Source: Roseibacillus sp. (GTDB lineage: Bacteria > Verrucomicrobiota > Verrucomicrobiia > Verrucomicrobiales > Akkermansiaceae). From it: DNA of 64,000 nucleotides. Under the pieces are notes generated by a model that saw only the letters and a list, made by a program, of their open reading frames with translations, made no database searches and was not told where the DNA came from. The position numbers and the translations under genes are program-made. Of the stretch, positions 19,201-28,535 are shown piece after piece (position 1 is the stretch's first letter; every line of letters begins with the position of its first letter). Where the stretch lies: assembly GCA_051251855.1 (NCBI GenBank), contig JBPOGI010000001.1, forward strand, positions 608,001-672,000, in the 5' to 3' direction.

Positions 19201-19570
19201 CATGTCAATGGTAGGTTTTGTAGCGTTGGCTGGGGTTGTTGTGAATGATTCGTTGGTAATGGTGGACTTTGTGAATCGTCACCGAGATGAGTTGGGGTCC
19301 GCTCGGGAAGCGGCCTTGCAGGCGGGAGGACGGCGCTTTCGAGCTATTCTTTTGACCTCGTTGACAACGTTTGTCGGCCTTTTACCTATGCTGGCAGAGC
19401 AAGATATGCAGGCGAAATTTTTGATTCCAATGGCGGTTTCTTTGGGGTTTGGAATCATCTTTGCGACGACGATCACTCTCTTCTTGGTTCCGGGAGTTTA
19501 TGTCGTCATGGATGATGTCCAGAGGGTGCTTTTGCGCATCGCTCGCGGTTTCCGCAAGACGAAGGTATGA
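16298..19570 (+). CDS. RND efflux transporter permease (AcrB/AcrD/AcrF family)
   Basis: LGIVVDDAIV, GVVVNDSLV, RFRAILLTSLTT; 12-TM layout; TAATG coupling to the adaptor gene. Confidence 0.96.
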   Translation: MEGVVRWFTRNHVAGNFLMLAILLAGFTTWFKVRKEIFPDTAFDALTVSIPYPNATPEEVERGVVVPVEEAVADVLGIKKMRSSSSQNGGGVTIEVENGYEVRDVMDDVKTRVDAIANFPEEAEKPVLEEIVITSPVMAITLVADGADETTLVKLAEEIKDELLSFEPQKKPTFMEFVGNALAGKPKITKVSIAGTRPYEISIEVSEERLRELGLTLGEVADSVRRFSVDLPAGSIRSEGGELIVRTVGKKFHAVDFAGAPIKTLSDGSVVRLSQVAKLIDGFEDVDLSVTYDSEEAVVVNVYRVGDQDTTRLAKMVEEYVEWKNGQSLNGVTLGIWNDQSELLKGRIDLLARNASFGLLFVLIVLALFLRPSLAFLVALGIPVSFAGGMWLMPMLGISINMISLFAFILVLGIVVDDAIVTGENVYARIQKGEHPTLAAWKGTHEVGTVVIFGVLTTVVAFTPMLGLSGVSGKIWPNIPLVVIPTLLFSLVQSKLVLPAHLALLGPTKSDEERSHSRWRAFHPLNPVKWVVFLVEGLFWIQHQIASGLLLFVKNIYQPALNFGLRWRYPMIALFFAIFAFSLAVVGTGRIKFQFFPEVEGDILSAKLELAQGVPFYQTEEVVARIAEAASQMGEQYQGYEGEPVVRHVLASSGTQPFITGFQPGGPPKATHIGEVTIELLPSAKRAVGSDELVSKWRELTGDIPGVVELSFKAETASGGNAIDLSLTGSNLEELEAATAFAKERLGDYEGVIDIADSSRAGKDEIQIVRLTRAGETLGFTLGDVGGQVRDAFFGNEVQRLQRGRDEVKVMVRLPAADRRTTETIEKLELTSPSGERVALRDVAVYQFGSGPAVINRTDRQRSVKVTADVDESTNANEVVGLYTKEALSEMSSRFPSVQWGFEGEQEDQANSVREIGIGFLGAIIIMYVLIAIPLRSYFQPIIILSVIPFGLIGGIWGHAALGMNLSIMSMVGFVALAGVVVNDSLVMVDFVNRHRDELGSAREAALQAGGRRFRAILLTSLTTFVGLLPMLAEQDMQAKFLIPMAVSLGFGIIFATTITLFLVPGVYVVMDDVQRVLLRIARGFRKTKV

Positions 19571-19662
19571 CGGAAAGGGGCTGCTGTTAGGCATTTCACT
19601 GAGCACGAAAAAGTTCTATAGTCCTCTTTGAAGTGAGAGGAAATTTAGAGCAACCGGCTTTG

Positions 19663-20313
19663 ATGCCTGAGGCGGACCGTTTTCGGCAGCTATCTGTAAA
19701 GTGTCGTAACGTGCGCACTTCGTTTCCTCTCGCAATCCTGCGGCATCTCTACTTTCGGATGTGGGGACGAAAAATTCTCACTAGTAATCGAGTGCGAATT
19801 CAAGGACTTAAGAATATCGTAGCGGAAGAGTATCTTACGATTGGATTGAGTCACTACGGATTCATGAACCCCAAGGACAGGACGTTCTTAAACGTGGAGG
19901 GGAAGCTGATCTTTGCCGGACGCTTCACGATGGCTAAGGGGTGCCGTATCGATGTCGGTGGAGATGCAGAGGTGAAATTCGGGTCGGGGTATATGAGTCC
20001 CATGACCGATGTGATTATTGTACATGGCATGACAATTGGTGATGGGTGCGCCATTTCGTGGAGTTGTCAGTTCCTTGATGACGATTTTCACGACCTCAAT
20101 TACGAAGGGCGGAAAGAAATTGAGGATCCTCGAATCCGGATTGGCTCTCACGTTTGGATTGGCAGTCGCGTTTCGGTTCTCAAGGGGGCTGTGATTCCTG
20201 ATGGTTGCGTGGTGGCAGCTAACTCGGTAGTAAACAAAGTTTTTACCGAGAAGAACTGCCTCCTAGCAGGCAATCCCGCGAAGGTGATTCGACGGGATGT
20301 GAGTTGGAAATAG
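19663..20313 (+). CDS. Hexapeptide-repeat (left-handed beta-helix) acyltransferase
   Basis: IRIGSHVWIGSRVSVLKGAVIPDGCVVAANSVV, LAGNPAKVIR. Confidence 0.9.
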   Translation: MPEADRFRQLSVKCRNVRTSFPLAILRHLYFRMWGRKILTSNRVRIQGLKNIVAEEYLTIGLSHYGFMNPKDRTFLNVEGKLIFAGRFTMAKGCRIDVGGDAEVKFGSGYMSPMTDVIIVHGMTIGDGCAISWSCQFLDDDFHDLNYEGRKEIEDPRIRIGSHVWIGSRVSVLKGAVIPDGCVVAANSVVNKVFTEKNCLLAGNPAKVIRRDVSWK

Positions 20314-20339
20314 AGAATTCCCCGTTGGGGAACGGATTT

Positions 20340-23300
20340 TTACTGGCTGCTGTCTTCCTCAACAAGAACGCGGAGATATCCTCGCTCATGGTCCGACTCT
20401 GAGAGACGGAAGGTGAGGTAGTGATATCCGTTAGGTGCTACGGGGACGTTGCTTGGATTAGGAATGAAGGTGACGCCCTGATCCCAATCTTCGAGGTCGG
20501 AGGAGCCTTGGAAGGTGTAGATGAGGCCAGCTGCCCGATAGCTATTGCGCCCGAGGGTTCCACCGACTGCGACGGGAACGGTCTGGCAGCAATTGCCTTC
20601 ATGGTCGAAACCGAGAAGAAGTTGTGGGCGGCTTGAGGATGAGCCTTGATTTGAGCCGAAGGCAAATTCAAGGAGGTTGCTCGTGTTATCGCCATCGCTG
20701 TCCATCATTGCCGCGGCTTGTTGCCCGGTTTCGCTGAGCGTTGTGAAGGTCAGGTTGGACGCGGGTGCGGTTTCAATGAATTCGAACCAGTTCACATTAA
20801 CGGCATCGCCGATCATCTCGAGGCGAAGTACCCTTTCTCCAGAGGTGGCAATAGCTAGGTTCGGGAGAGTGAAGGTGACCCAATTTCCCCAACCGCCGGT
20901 GGACTGAACGTCAATCGTGCCAAGAACTTCACCGTCGAGGGTGACTCGGACGTCGCCCACGATGGACTCGTTACTGGAAGCGCGTAGGTTGAGCTGATAG
21001 ACGCCTGGTGTGGTGTTGAGGGTGTATTCCATCCATTGAGCATCATCAAACCAGCCTACATTAAATCCACCGTCAGTGTCACCAGAGGGCTCGATATCGA
21101 CGGCATCACCGCGATAGGAACCGCCAAAGTTCTCGGGGTCGGCATCGGAGTAGGCAACGCCTTCGCCGCCGAGGTCGTAGTCCTCAGCCTGAACGCGGCC
21201 GGGGACGGCATGGGCGGTGCCGCCGAAGGGCGACTGTCCCGTTGGAGGGGGAGGAGCGACGGATCCGTCGTCGAATTCAACCCAGTTCAGGTTGAAGCCT
21301 GCGGCTCCCGCGAATCTCAGTCGAAGGATGTGGCTGCCGGTCTCTGTGATGGTCACTTGGGGAATGGTAAGAGTCTCCCAGTTATACCAATCGCCGGTGC
21401 CATTGACGGAGAAGACACCGAGTGAACGACCGTCAAGTTCGACAGCCAGTTGACCAGGGAAGGTAAAGCCACTCGCGATACGTGCGTTGAGGTCGTAGGT
21501 GCCTGGGGTCACATTGACCGTGTATTCGAGCCATTCGCCGGGGTCGGTCCAACCGATGGAGGGAGTGGCGTTGGTGTCGAAGGAGGCCTCGATATCGACT
21601 CCGCTGGTGCGGTAGTTGAGGTCGGTATAGGTGAGACCGAAGTTCTCTTCCTCCGAGTCAAGGTAGGCTTCTCCTGGGCCGTCTTCGTCGAAGTTTTCGG
21701 CTTCAATTTTACCAGGGATATTGGCTGCCACTCCGCCGAATGGGGTTTGGTTGCCGGTCGGAGGCGGAGGAGTGACGGAAGGGTCACGGAGTTCGAGCCA
21801 GTTGAGGTTAAAGGATGATCCTTGATATTCGAGACGCAGGACGGCGTCACCACTAGGTACGGTGATGCTGGGGAGAGTGAAGTCTTCCCAGAGATACCAA
21901 CCTCCGGTGGAGTCGATATCGATTTCGCCGATAGGGCTGCCGTCTAACAGAACACGTATGGTTCCGGGGATAGCGAGTTCGCTGGCAGCGCGAGCCACAA
22001 TATCGTAGGTGCCAGCGGTGAGGGTAACGGAGTATTGAGTCCATTCACTGTCTTCGAGCCAGCCGATGGCAGGGGTGTCGTCGGTGTCGTTAGAGGCTTC
22101 GAGGTCGACGCCTTCGTCACGGAAGTTGGGACCAAAGTTAGCACCGAAGTTCTCGGGGTCGAGGTCACTGTAGGAGATGCCGGGACCACCAGTATCGTAG
22201 TTTTCGACTTGGAGCCGGCCGGGAAGTGCTGTCGGGGTTCCTCCGAAGGCAAGTGAGGCATCGGGAACTTCGTCTGGTTTACCTTCGAGCTGATTGATGA
22301 AGGATACCAGATAGTTGCGTTCCGTGGTGGTGACCGAAACGCCGTCATGGGCATCGATGGCGGCGGCGAGGTCGGGCGCGGAACCGTCATGGAGATAAGG
22401 GGCACCCGCGAATGCAGTGAGGAGAGAAGGGGTGTCGAGGCCGGGGAGGTTGCCGCCGAGACGTTGACCCGAAGCGGAAGTCAGAGTGCCGATATCGTGG
22501 AAGGAACTTCCGGAGTCCGTGAAGGCGCTTCCGCTATGACAGTCGACGCAGCCCTTCGAGGTGAAGAGGTCGCGGCCCGCGAGGCCGGCTGCGGTGAGCT
22601 CTCCGGCATTTGTGCGGTGCGGGGAGACCGGTTTCTCAGTCAGGCTTCCCAAGTAGGCTGCGAGGGCATCAAGGTCGGCACTGCGCCCGCCGTTAGGAGT
22701 GCCGAGTGGTGCATGGGGAGTGCCGTTCGCAATGAGTCCTGATCCTCCCGAGAAGTTGCGGATTTGGCCTTCGAAGTCTTGAACCTCATCAAAGTTGGCG
22801 GACCAGTGGAAGGGGCCGTGCTCTTCGCCGCCTCGGCCGTGAAGCTCGATGGTGTTGCGGAGTCCTTCTCCAACGCCGGTGAAGTCCCAAGTACGGCCGT
22901 CGTGTCCGGCGTCGTTGTGGCAAGAGGCGCAGGACATGTAGTTCTCCAAACTGAGTCTGTCGTCAAAAGAGTCGTAGAAGAGTTGTTTGCCGAGAAGGAT
23001 TTGAGCTGGCAGAGCTTCTGCAGCCGTCGCATCTAAGGTGGCGACGGTAGAAGAAGTTTCGGTTCCGTTCTCTACAAGGGCCGCAATATCGTGAAGGGTC
23101 ACGGATCGGCTCATGAAGTTGTGAACGAGGAGTGTGTGGCCGTCAGCAGAAAGAGCGAGGCCTTGGGGTGCTCGCTCCACGTTGATGCGGAAGAGCTCTT
23201 GTTCTCCGTAGACGTCGACGACGGAGACTTCGCGGGATCCTTCCAGTGCGACGAAGAGGTGTAGCCCGTAAGGTCCATAGATTGCTGCTGAGGGTAGTCC

Positions 23301-26300
23301 GGAGTTGTCAAAGTCGATTCGGCTTAGGTAATCCTCATTGTTTGTAGAGAGGTTCAGGCGCGACGTGACGGAGCGGACTGTATTCTGGTGGTCGAGTTGG
23401 CGTCCGTCGCGAAGCATTCCGCGTTCGATGTTGTCGAGCTTGGAGGGAATCCAGGCGGAGTCATTGGCGGGGGAAATGGCAGGGGCACCCAAATAGTTGG
23501 GGAGTCCACGGCCGCCGCCAGCGAAGTCACTTTCGGTGGAGGCTTGCAAGCGAGTCGTGGTGAGAGAACTTGGGTTGGCTGGGTCCATGATGCCGATGTA
23601 ACCGCCAGCGTTAGTGAGGTTAGGGTTCGCCGTAGACTCGCCGGGAGCGGGTGGGGAGATAAAGCGGGGTAGGTAGAGTTGGCTTCCGTTGTGGTTGATG
23701 GCGAGGTGGCGGGGACCTTCGCCCGCATCGTGACGACCGAGATTGCCACCAGTCGTGGGATTCAGCTGGGCGACGAGGCCGTCTGCTTCCAAGGCAACCC
23801 AAGCGCTGCTTCCATCAGGGCTATGCACGACTCCGTGAGGTTGGGAACCTCGGGGGAAGACGCGGGTCACTAAGCTGTAGTTGTTCGGGTTGATGATGGA
23901 GAGGGTTGCGGAGTTCTTGTTGGTGACCCAAACCCGTCCATCGGGGGCGAGGCTGAGGGTGCGAGGGGAGTCGCCTACCGCGACCTCGGTAATTTTGTTG
24001 CCGGTCACGAGGTTGAAGACGCTCACGGTGTCTTGGTCTGGATTAACGCTCCAGACTTGCTCGTTGGTGCCATTGCCCACAGTGATGACGGGTTGACTAT
24101 TGCGAGGACGGTTGGCGGTGAGTGCAGGGTGAACGAGATGAGTGATGCGCCTCGTGACTGAAGTGCCATTGTTGTCAGTCGCTGTCAGGGTCACTGTATA
24201 GCGACCAGGATTGGCGAAGGTATGGTTGGCCGCTGGGCTGGTGGAAGTGACTTCGGCGGTGCCATCACCAAAGTTCCAATTATAGCTCACGCCTGTTCCT
24301 CCCGTGGCTGCCACGGAGAAGTTGGTGGATGAACCCGACTGGCTTGGAGTGGTGAGAGTCTCGGGGAGGGTAATGGCCGCGCGAATGATCCAGCGGAAGG
24401 TGCGCGAGGCCTGTTCACCAGCAGGGTCGGAAACGGTGACGATAGGGTTGTAGGTCTGCGGACTGGTAGGGCTTCCTGTCATGCGGCCGCTGGTCGCATT
24501 CATGGTTAATCCTGGCGGTAAACCTGTGGCGCTATAGGTGAGAGTGTCTCCGTCGGCGTCCGAGCCGAAGGCTCGAATGTTGATAGCCGTTCCGACAGTG
24601 TGAATACGGTTGGCTAGGATGGCTAAGGTAGGAGCTTGGTTGTCATCAGGAATGAAGGTCACGCGAACTGACTCCAGTTCGAAGTGAGCAGACTCGCTGA
24701 GACCGTTCTTTTTCGAGAGGTAGGCGCCGAGGCGCAGGGTATGATTGCCGGCGGGAAGGATGGCTGAAGAGACAGTGGAAGTGAGGTCGCCCGAGTCGCC
24801 GCCACCGGTGTTTTGATAGAGGTAGCTATTGCCGTTTGTTCCGAGTAGCTGTCCGCCAATAGAGACAAGGGCTTGGCTGTTTTCATCGCTATCGAGAGTA
24901 AGATCCGCATCGAGTCTCCACTGGGGGCTGACGACAATGGTGCCCGGCTGGCTTAATGAGATCGTTCTTTGCCAAGCTCCCGACATCCCAGTGCGGCCAG
25001 AGGTGTCGACTCCTCCCAATTCGACATGAAGGCGACCATCACGAACGGGTGAACCCGAGCGACCTGCTTGGAAGTTGGTCGCGATATCGGCATTGGTCAG
25101 GCGTTTGCTGTAGACCGCAAGAAGATCGTAGTCGCCCAGCCAAGCGCGATCACCCGCCAGTTCGTTGGCGAGGGCAAATTGATAGGAAGGATCCCAGTTG
25201 GTGAAGTCGCCGGGAACGGTGGCAGATTTGATGAGGGAGCCGTTGAGGTAGATACGACCCACTCCGTCTGAGATGGTGTAGACGACGTGCTGGTAAGCGA
25301 TGGCTGCAGGGTTGGTGGTCGTTTCAACTCCAGGAAGTCCGTTGGTGGAGGTTTGCGGAGTGCGGACCCGTCCGTGGTAGTTGAGGGCTTCCTGTCCAAG
25401 GGTGAAGTTGCGCAGACTGGTTGTGCTCGAGAGTGTCGCAATGCGGGCAGGTCCTGCTTGGGTGAGATTTTGAGGACGGATCCAGGCCTCGATGGACATG
25501 GCATTGCTCGTGGTGATGGAGTTGTAGAGCTTACTTGCTGCTCCCGCGCTGCGGATGAGGGTGCTGCCGTTGACGCTGAGAGTTCCATCGCCATTCCAAG
25601 CGGTTTGAGCGGGTGTGGTGATGGTGAGGTTAAGCGGAGTGCCATTGCCAGCCACGTCGTAGACGATGTTAGAGTTTGCCCCTTGGTCAAAGGTATAGAG
25701 AGCCTGAAGAGTGCTGCCGGCGACTCGGCTCTGAATAGCGTTAACACCACTGGCGTAATTAGGGTTGTTGGTGCCACGGAAGGCGTCATCGACGTAGCTA
25801 AAGCCACCGTCGTCACTTTCAAAATCTTCTTCGAAAAGGAGACTGCCATCGATGGTCCATGGCTGTGTGCTAGAGACCTGTTGGCTATCGCTATCAGTGA
25901 CAGTGATGGTCACGTTGGTAGTCCCAGTTGCGGTCGGCTGGCCGGTGATGGCTCCAGTAGAGGAGTTGAGTGAAAGTCCCGCAGGGAGGTTGCTTGCCGA
26001 AAAGGAATAAGGGGGCACCCCTCCGCGAGCGGAAACGCCGTGATTGAGACTGGTATTGAGGAAGGCGTTGAGGGGCGCCTGATGGGTGAGAGAAAGTTCT
26101 CCGACTTTGATGCGCAGATAAAGACCGTTGCGATTGTTGAGGTTAGAGGACCAGACCCACTTGGCATCCGAGTCGACGGGGAATCCGGAGATGGTATTCC
26201 AAGGGGAGCTGCCGAGACCGCCGTGTTCGGTGGCGGAAGACCAAGAGGAGTCATTGAAGTTGGGTTGTTCCCAGCCTGAGGGAGCGGTGTGCGACACTTT

Positions 26301-28535
26301 CCAATCTGAGGAGGTTGTGACGAGCTCACCATTGACTCGAAGTTGCCCGAGTAAACCTGTGGCGCCTACGACGTCGGTCACGTGGATGGCAATGGTCGAA
26401 CTTTGGCTGCCTGAGAACGAGGTGGTCGTTGCGTTGTTAGAGTTGAGACCGATCTGAGTCAGTTGACCATCGACGTAGAGTTCGTGGCGGTTTTGGGAAG
26501 CGATAGTGGCCTCGTTGAGAGGCTCGATGGCGCGCAGCACGCGGGAGGGAACGATGGCCTTGGGAGTGCGAGGGCTGGACCACTTCAGCTGAATGATCGA
26601 GGCAGCAGTACCTTGAAAGTAGTCGAGGCGAATGGGGACGGGGACTCCTGCTTGGAGGCTGATGGTCGCCGAGTTCTCGGTGGATCCGTGGTTGGTCCAG
26701 TTATTGATGATGAGCTGGTCATCAATCCAGAGCCGGACGCCGTCATCTGATTGGGTGTGGAAGGTGTAGGTTTCGCTATACTCAGGAATGATCCAACCGG
26801 TCCAGCGAACGGAGTAGGTGTCGTTGCCGACGAGGTCAGGGAGGGGTGAGTTGGAGGTCGAGGTGTAGTCGATGAGGGCATCGGTACGAGTTTCCTTCAA
26901 AGTGTTGAAGCCGGTGCCATCGTAGTATCGAGCCAAAAGGCCGCTGGTGTCGGCGTCAGAGGTCTCCTTGACGTGAATGATTTTGGCTTCGGAGTAGGAG
27001 CCGTTGGCGCGGGTGCCGAACAGCATCCAGTAACCAGGAACCATGACATCCTTGTTAGGGTGAGAGATGAGTTGGTATTTTCCGCTGGAGGTCTCGGTGA
27101 AGGGAATGTCGAGAAAGCGTTGGTCTGAGGTGACGCCATGGGTGATGGCAATCATACGAATCATGGAGAATCGACGGAGGTTTGCGGAGGCATCAACTTC
27201 AAAGACCGAGCCTAATGAAACTGCATCTGGTGCGGTCGTAATAACGGGACGCGCAATAGGTTCGTTGCTGGCATTGAGAAGAGCGGGGGGAGTGAGAATT
27301 TGTGCATCAGGGTGGGTAGCGGGATGATTGGCATTGCCGACACCGGAGAGAAAGCCACCACCACCAGAAAAGACGCGACCGTCGGGCAAGAGTGCCGCGG
27401 TGGAGTGGTAGTTGCGAGGGATGGCCATGCTAGCAAGAGTGCGCCAAGTTCCGGTGGTGGGGTTCCAGACCTCGGCAGGGAGAATAGAGCCTGTATCAGA
27501 GAAGCGTTGACCGGTGGTGTTTCCTCCGATGGCAACGACTTCGCCTGAGGGCAATGCGACAATGTTGTGAAGACTGCGAGCAAAGGCCATGGAAGAAGTT
27601 GTCTCAACCGTGGGCGGAGTAGTGTTGAGATCAACGGTGTAGCAAAGCTTGCTGGCGGCATTCGAGGCGGCAACGGCAGCGCCACCGACGATGAGATACT
27701 TGCCGGAGCCATACATGACGATGCCGCCGTCGTGGGGATAATGGTTTCCTGGGACGGTGACTCCTGCGGAGATGCGTGAGCCGTTGCCACTGGCATCGAC
27801 CCAATGCATGGCATCCGTGGGGCCAAAGTGAAAGAGGCGTCCATCGGGAGCGACCATGAGGAAGGGCCAGCCTTCACTCTCGAATCCGGCCGCGCCTGAT
27901 ACCGGCTGCCAGTTGATACCGTTGAGCAAATTCCATTGGTTGCTATCACGGTCGAAGCGTTCAGCTTCGTTCGGGCTTCCTCGGCCTCCAAAGGTGGCGA
28001 CGTCTCCATCGGGGAGCGCTACCGCGGTGGTATACCAGCGCGGACCATTCATATCAGAGACGCGATTCCACGAATTGGAGCGCCAGTCATAGATGGAGGA
28101 GTGTTCGATGGTGAAGCGGCCGCCTACTGTTTGGAGGAGACCGTCGGTACGCATCACGGGGTGGGCGCAGAACATTTCGTGACCTTGATAGAGATCGTTC
28201 GCGAATTGGGAGGTCTCGGGATTCCAAAGCGACCAGTGAGTTCGGTGAGCCGTTCCGGGCCAACTGAGAAGCTCTTGTCCAGAGTAGGTGAGGAGCTTGC
28301 CGTTGGGAAGGACCGCCAAAGAAACCGGAACATGCGGCCAGTCGATGACGGGTCCCCAAGAACCTGCGCGCGTGGAAATGGTGGGAGCCGCTGGAGTGGC
28401 GGTGTAGTTGGGCAATAGGGAGGCCGCCTGCTGCCAAAACGCATCGTCTTCGGCGTGGACGTTGGCATCAGCGAGTGAGCTCGTGAGGGAGCTGAACCAA
28501 GTGATGAGGAGGATGAACAGGGTGGAACGTTTCAT
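20340..28535 (-). CDS. 2731-aa secreted multidomain copper radical oxidase: kelch/galactose-oxidase + DUF1929, PA14, jelly-roll, Ig-like, LamG, PKD, YVTN beta-propeller, di-heme cytochrome c, 3x CBM6-like, C-terminal motif
   Basis: Signal peptide; EMFC, RWY, RNYHS, ITHG Cu/radical motifs; GLLARYYDG...SDDGVRLWID (PA14); YNWNFGDG (PKD); CASCH and CVDCH; three PGxxxxExYD repeats. Confidence 0.9.
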   Translation of the reverse strand: MKRSTLFILLITWFSSLTSSLADANVHAEDDAFWQQAASLLPNYTATPAAPTISTRAGSWGPVIDWPHVPVSLAVLPNGKLLTYSGQELLSWPGTAHRTHWSLWNPETSQFANDLYQGHEMFCAHPVMRTDGLLQTVGGRFTIEHSSIYDWRSNSWNRVSDMNGPRWYTTAVALPDGDVATFGGRGSPNEAERFDRDSNQWNLLNGINWQPVSGAAGFESEGWPFLMVAPDGRLFHFGPTDAMHWVDASGNGSRISAGVTVPGNHYPHDGGIVMYGSGKYLIVGGAAVAASNAASKLCYTVDLNTTPPTVETTSSMAFARSLHNIVALPSGEVVAIGGNTTGQRFSDTGSILPAEVWNPTTGTWRTLASMAIPRNYHSTAALLPDGRVFSGGGGFLSGVGNANHPATHPDAQILTPPALLNASNEPIARPVITTAPDAVSLGSVFEVDASANLRRFSMIRMIAITHGVTSDQRFLDIPFTETSSGKYQLISHPNKDVMVPGYWMLFGTRANGSYSEAKIIHVKETSDADTSGLLARYYDGTGFNTLKETRTDALIDYTSTSNSPLPDLVGNDTYSVRWTGWIIPEYSETYTFHTQSDDGVRLWIDDQLIINNWTNHGSTENSATISLQAGVPVPIRLDYFQGTAASIIQLKWSSPRTPKAIVPSRVLRAIEPLNEATIASQNRHELYVDGQLTQIGLNSNNATTTSFSGSQSSTIAIHVTDVVGATGLLGQLRVNGELVTTSSDWKVSHTAPSGWEQPNFNDSSWSSATEHGGLGSSPWNTISGFPVDSDAKWVWSSNLNNRNGLYLRIKVGELSLTHQAPLNAFLNTSLNHGVSARGGVPPYSFSASNLPAGLSLNSSTGAITGQPTATGTTNVTITVTDSDSQQVSSTQPWTIDGSLLFEEDFESDDGGFSYVDDAFRGTNNPNYASGVNAIQSRVAGSTLQALYTFDQGANSNIVYDVAGNGTPLNLTITTPAQTAWNGDGTLSVNGSTLIRSAGAASKLYNSITTSNAMSIEAWIRPQNLTQAGPARIATLSSTTSLRNFTLGQEALNYHGRVRTPQTSTNGLPGVETTTNPAAIAYQHVVYTISDGVGRIYLNGSLIKSATVPGDFTNWDPSYQFALANELAGDRAWLGDYDLLAVYSKRLTNADIATNFQAGRSGSPVRDGRLHVELGGVDTSGRTGMSGAWQRTISLSQPGTIVVSPQWRLDADLTLDSDENSQALVSIGGQLLGTNGNSYLYQNTGGGDSGDLTSTVSSAILPAGNHTLRLGAYLSKKNGLSESAHFELESVRVTFIPDDNQAPTLAILANRIHTVGTAINIRAFGSDADGDTLTYSATGLPPGLTMNATSGRMTGSPTSPQTYNPIVTVSDPAGEQASRTFRWIIRAAITLPETLTTPSQSGSSTNFSVAATGGTGVSYNWNFGDGTAEVTSTSPAANHTFANPGRYTVTLTATDNNGTSVTRRITHLVHPALTANRPRNSQPVITVGNGTNEQVWSVNPDQDTVSVFNLVTGNKITEVAVGDSPRTLSLAPDGRVWVTNKNSATLSIINPNNYSLVTRVFPRGSQPHGVVHSPDGSSAWVALEADGLVAQLNPTTGGNLGRHDAGEGPRHLAINHNGSQLYLPRFISPPAPGESTANPNLTNAGGYIGIMDPANPSSLTTTRLQASTESDFAGGGRGLPNYLGAPAISPANDSAWIPSKLDNIERGMLRDGRQLDHQNTVRSVTSRLNLSTNNEDYLSRIDFDNSGLPSAAIYGPYGLHLFVALEGSREVSVVDVYGEQELFRINVERAPQGLALSADGHTLLVHNFMSRSVTLHDIAALVENGTETSSTVATLDATAAEALPAQILLGKQLFYDSFDDRLSLENYMSCASCHNDAGHDGRTWDFTGVGEGLRNTIELHGRGGEEHGPFHWSANFDEVQDFEGQIRNFSGGSGLIANGTPHAPLGTPNGGRSADLDALAAYLGSLTEKPVSPHRTNAGELTAAGLAGRDLFTSKGCVDCHSGSAFTDSGSSFHDIGTLTSASGQRLGGNLPGLDTPSLLTAFAGAPYLHDGSAPDLAAAIDAHDGVSVTTTERNYLVSFINQLEGKPDEVPDASLAFGGTPTALPGRLQVENYDTGGPGISYSDLDPENFGANFGPNFRDEGVDLEASNDTDDTPAIGWLEDSEWTQYSVTLTAGTYDIVARAASELAIPGTIRVLLDGSPIGEIDIDSTGGWYLWEDFTLPSITVPSGDAVLRLEYQGSSFNLNWLELRDPSVTPPPPTGNQTPFGGVAANIPGKIEAENFDEDGPGEAYLDSEEENFGLTYTDLNYRTSGVDIEASFDTNATPSIGWTDPGEWLEYTVNVTPGTYDLNARIASGFTFPGQLAVELDGRSLGVFSVNGTGDWYNWETLTIPQVTITETGSHILRLRFAGAAGFNLNWVEFDDGSVAPPPPTGQSPFGGTAHAVPGRVQAEDYDLGGEGVAYSDADPENFGGSYRGDAVDIEPSGDTDGGFNVGWFDDAQWMEYTLNTTPGVYQLNLRASSNESIVGDVRVTLDGEVLGTIDVQSTGGWGNWVTFTLPNLAIATSGERVLRLEMIGDAVNVNWFEFIETAPASNLTFTTLSETGQQAAAMMDSDGDNTSNLLEFAFGSNQGSSSSRPQLLLGFDHEGNCCQTVPVAVGGTLGRNSYRAAGLIYTFQGSSDLEDWDQGVTFIPNPSNVPVAPNGYHYLTFRLSESDHERGYLRVLVEEDSSQ

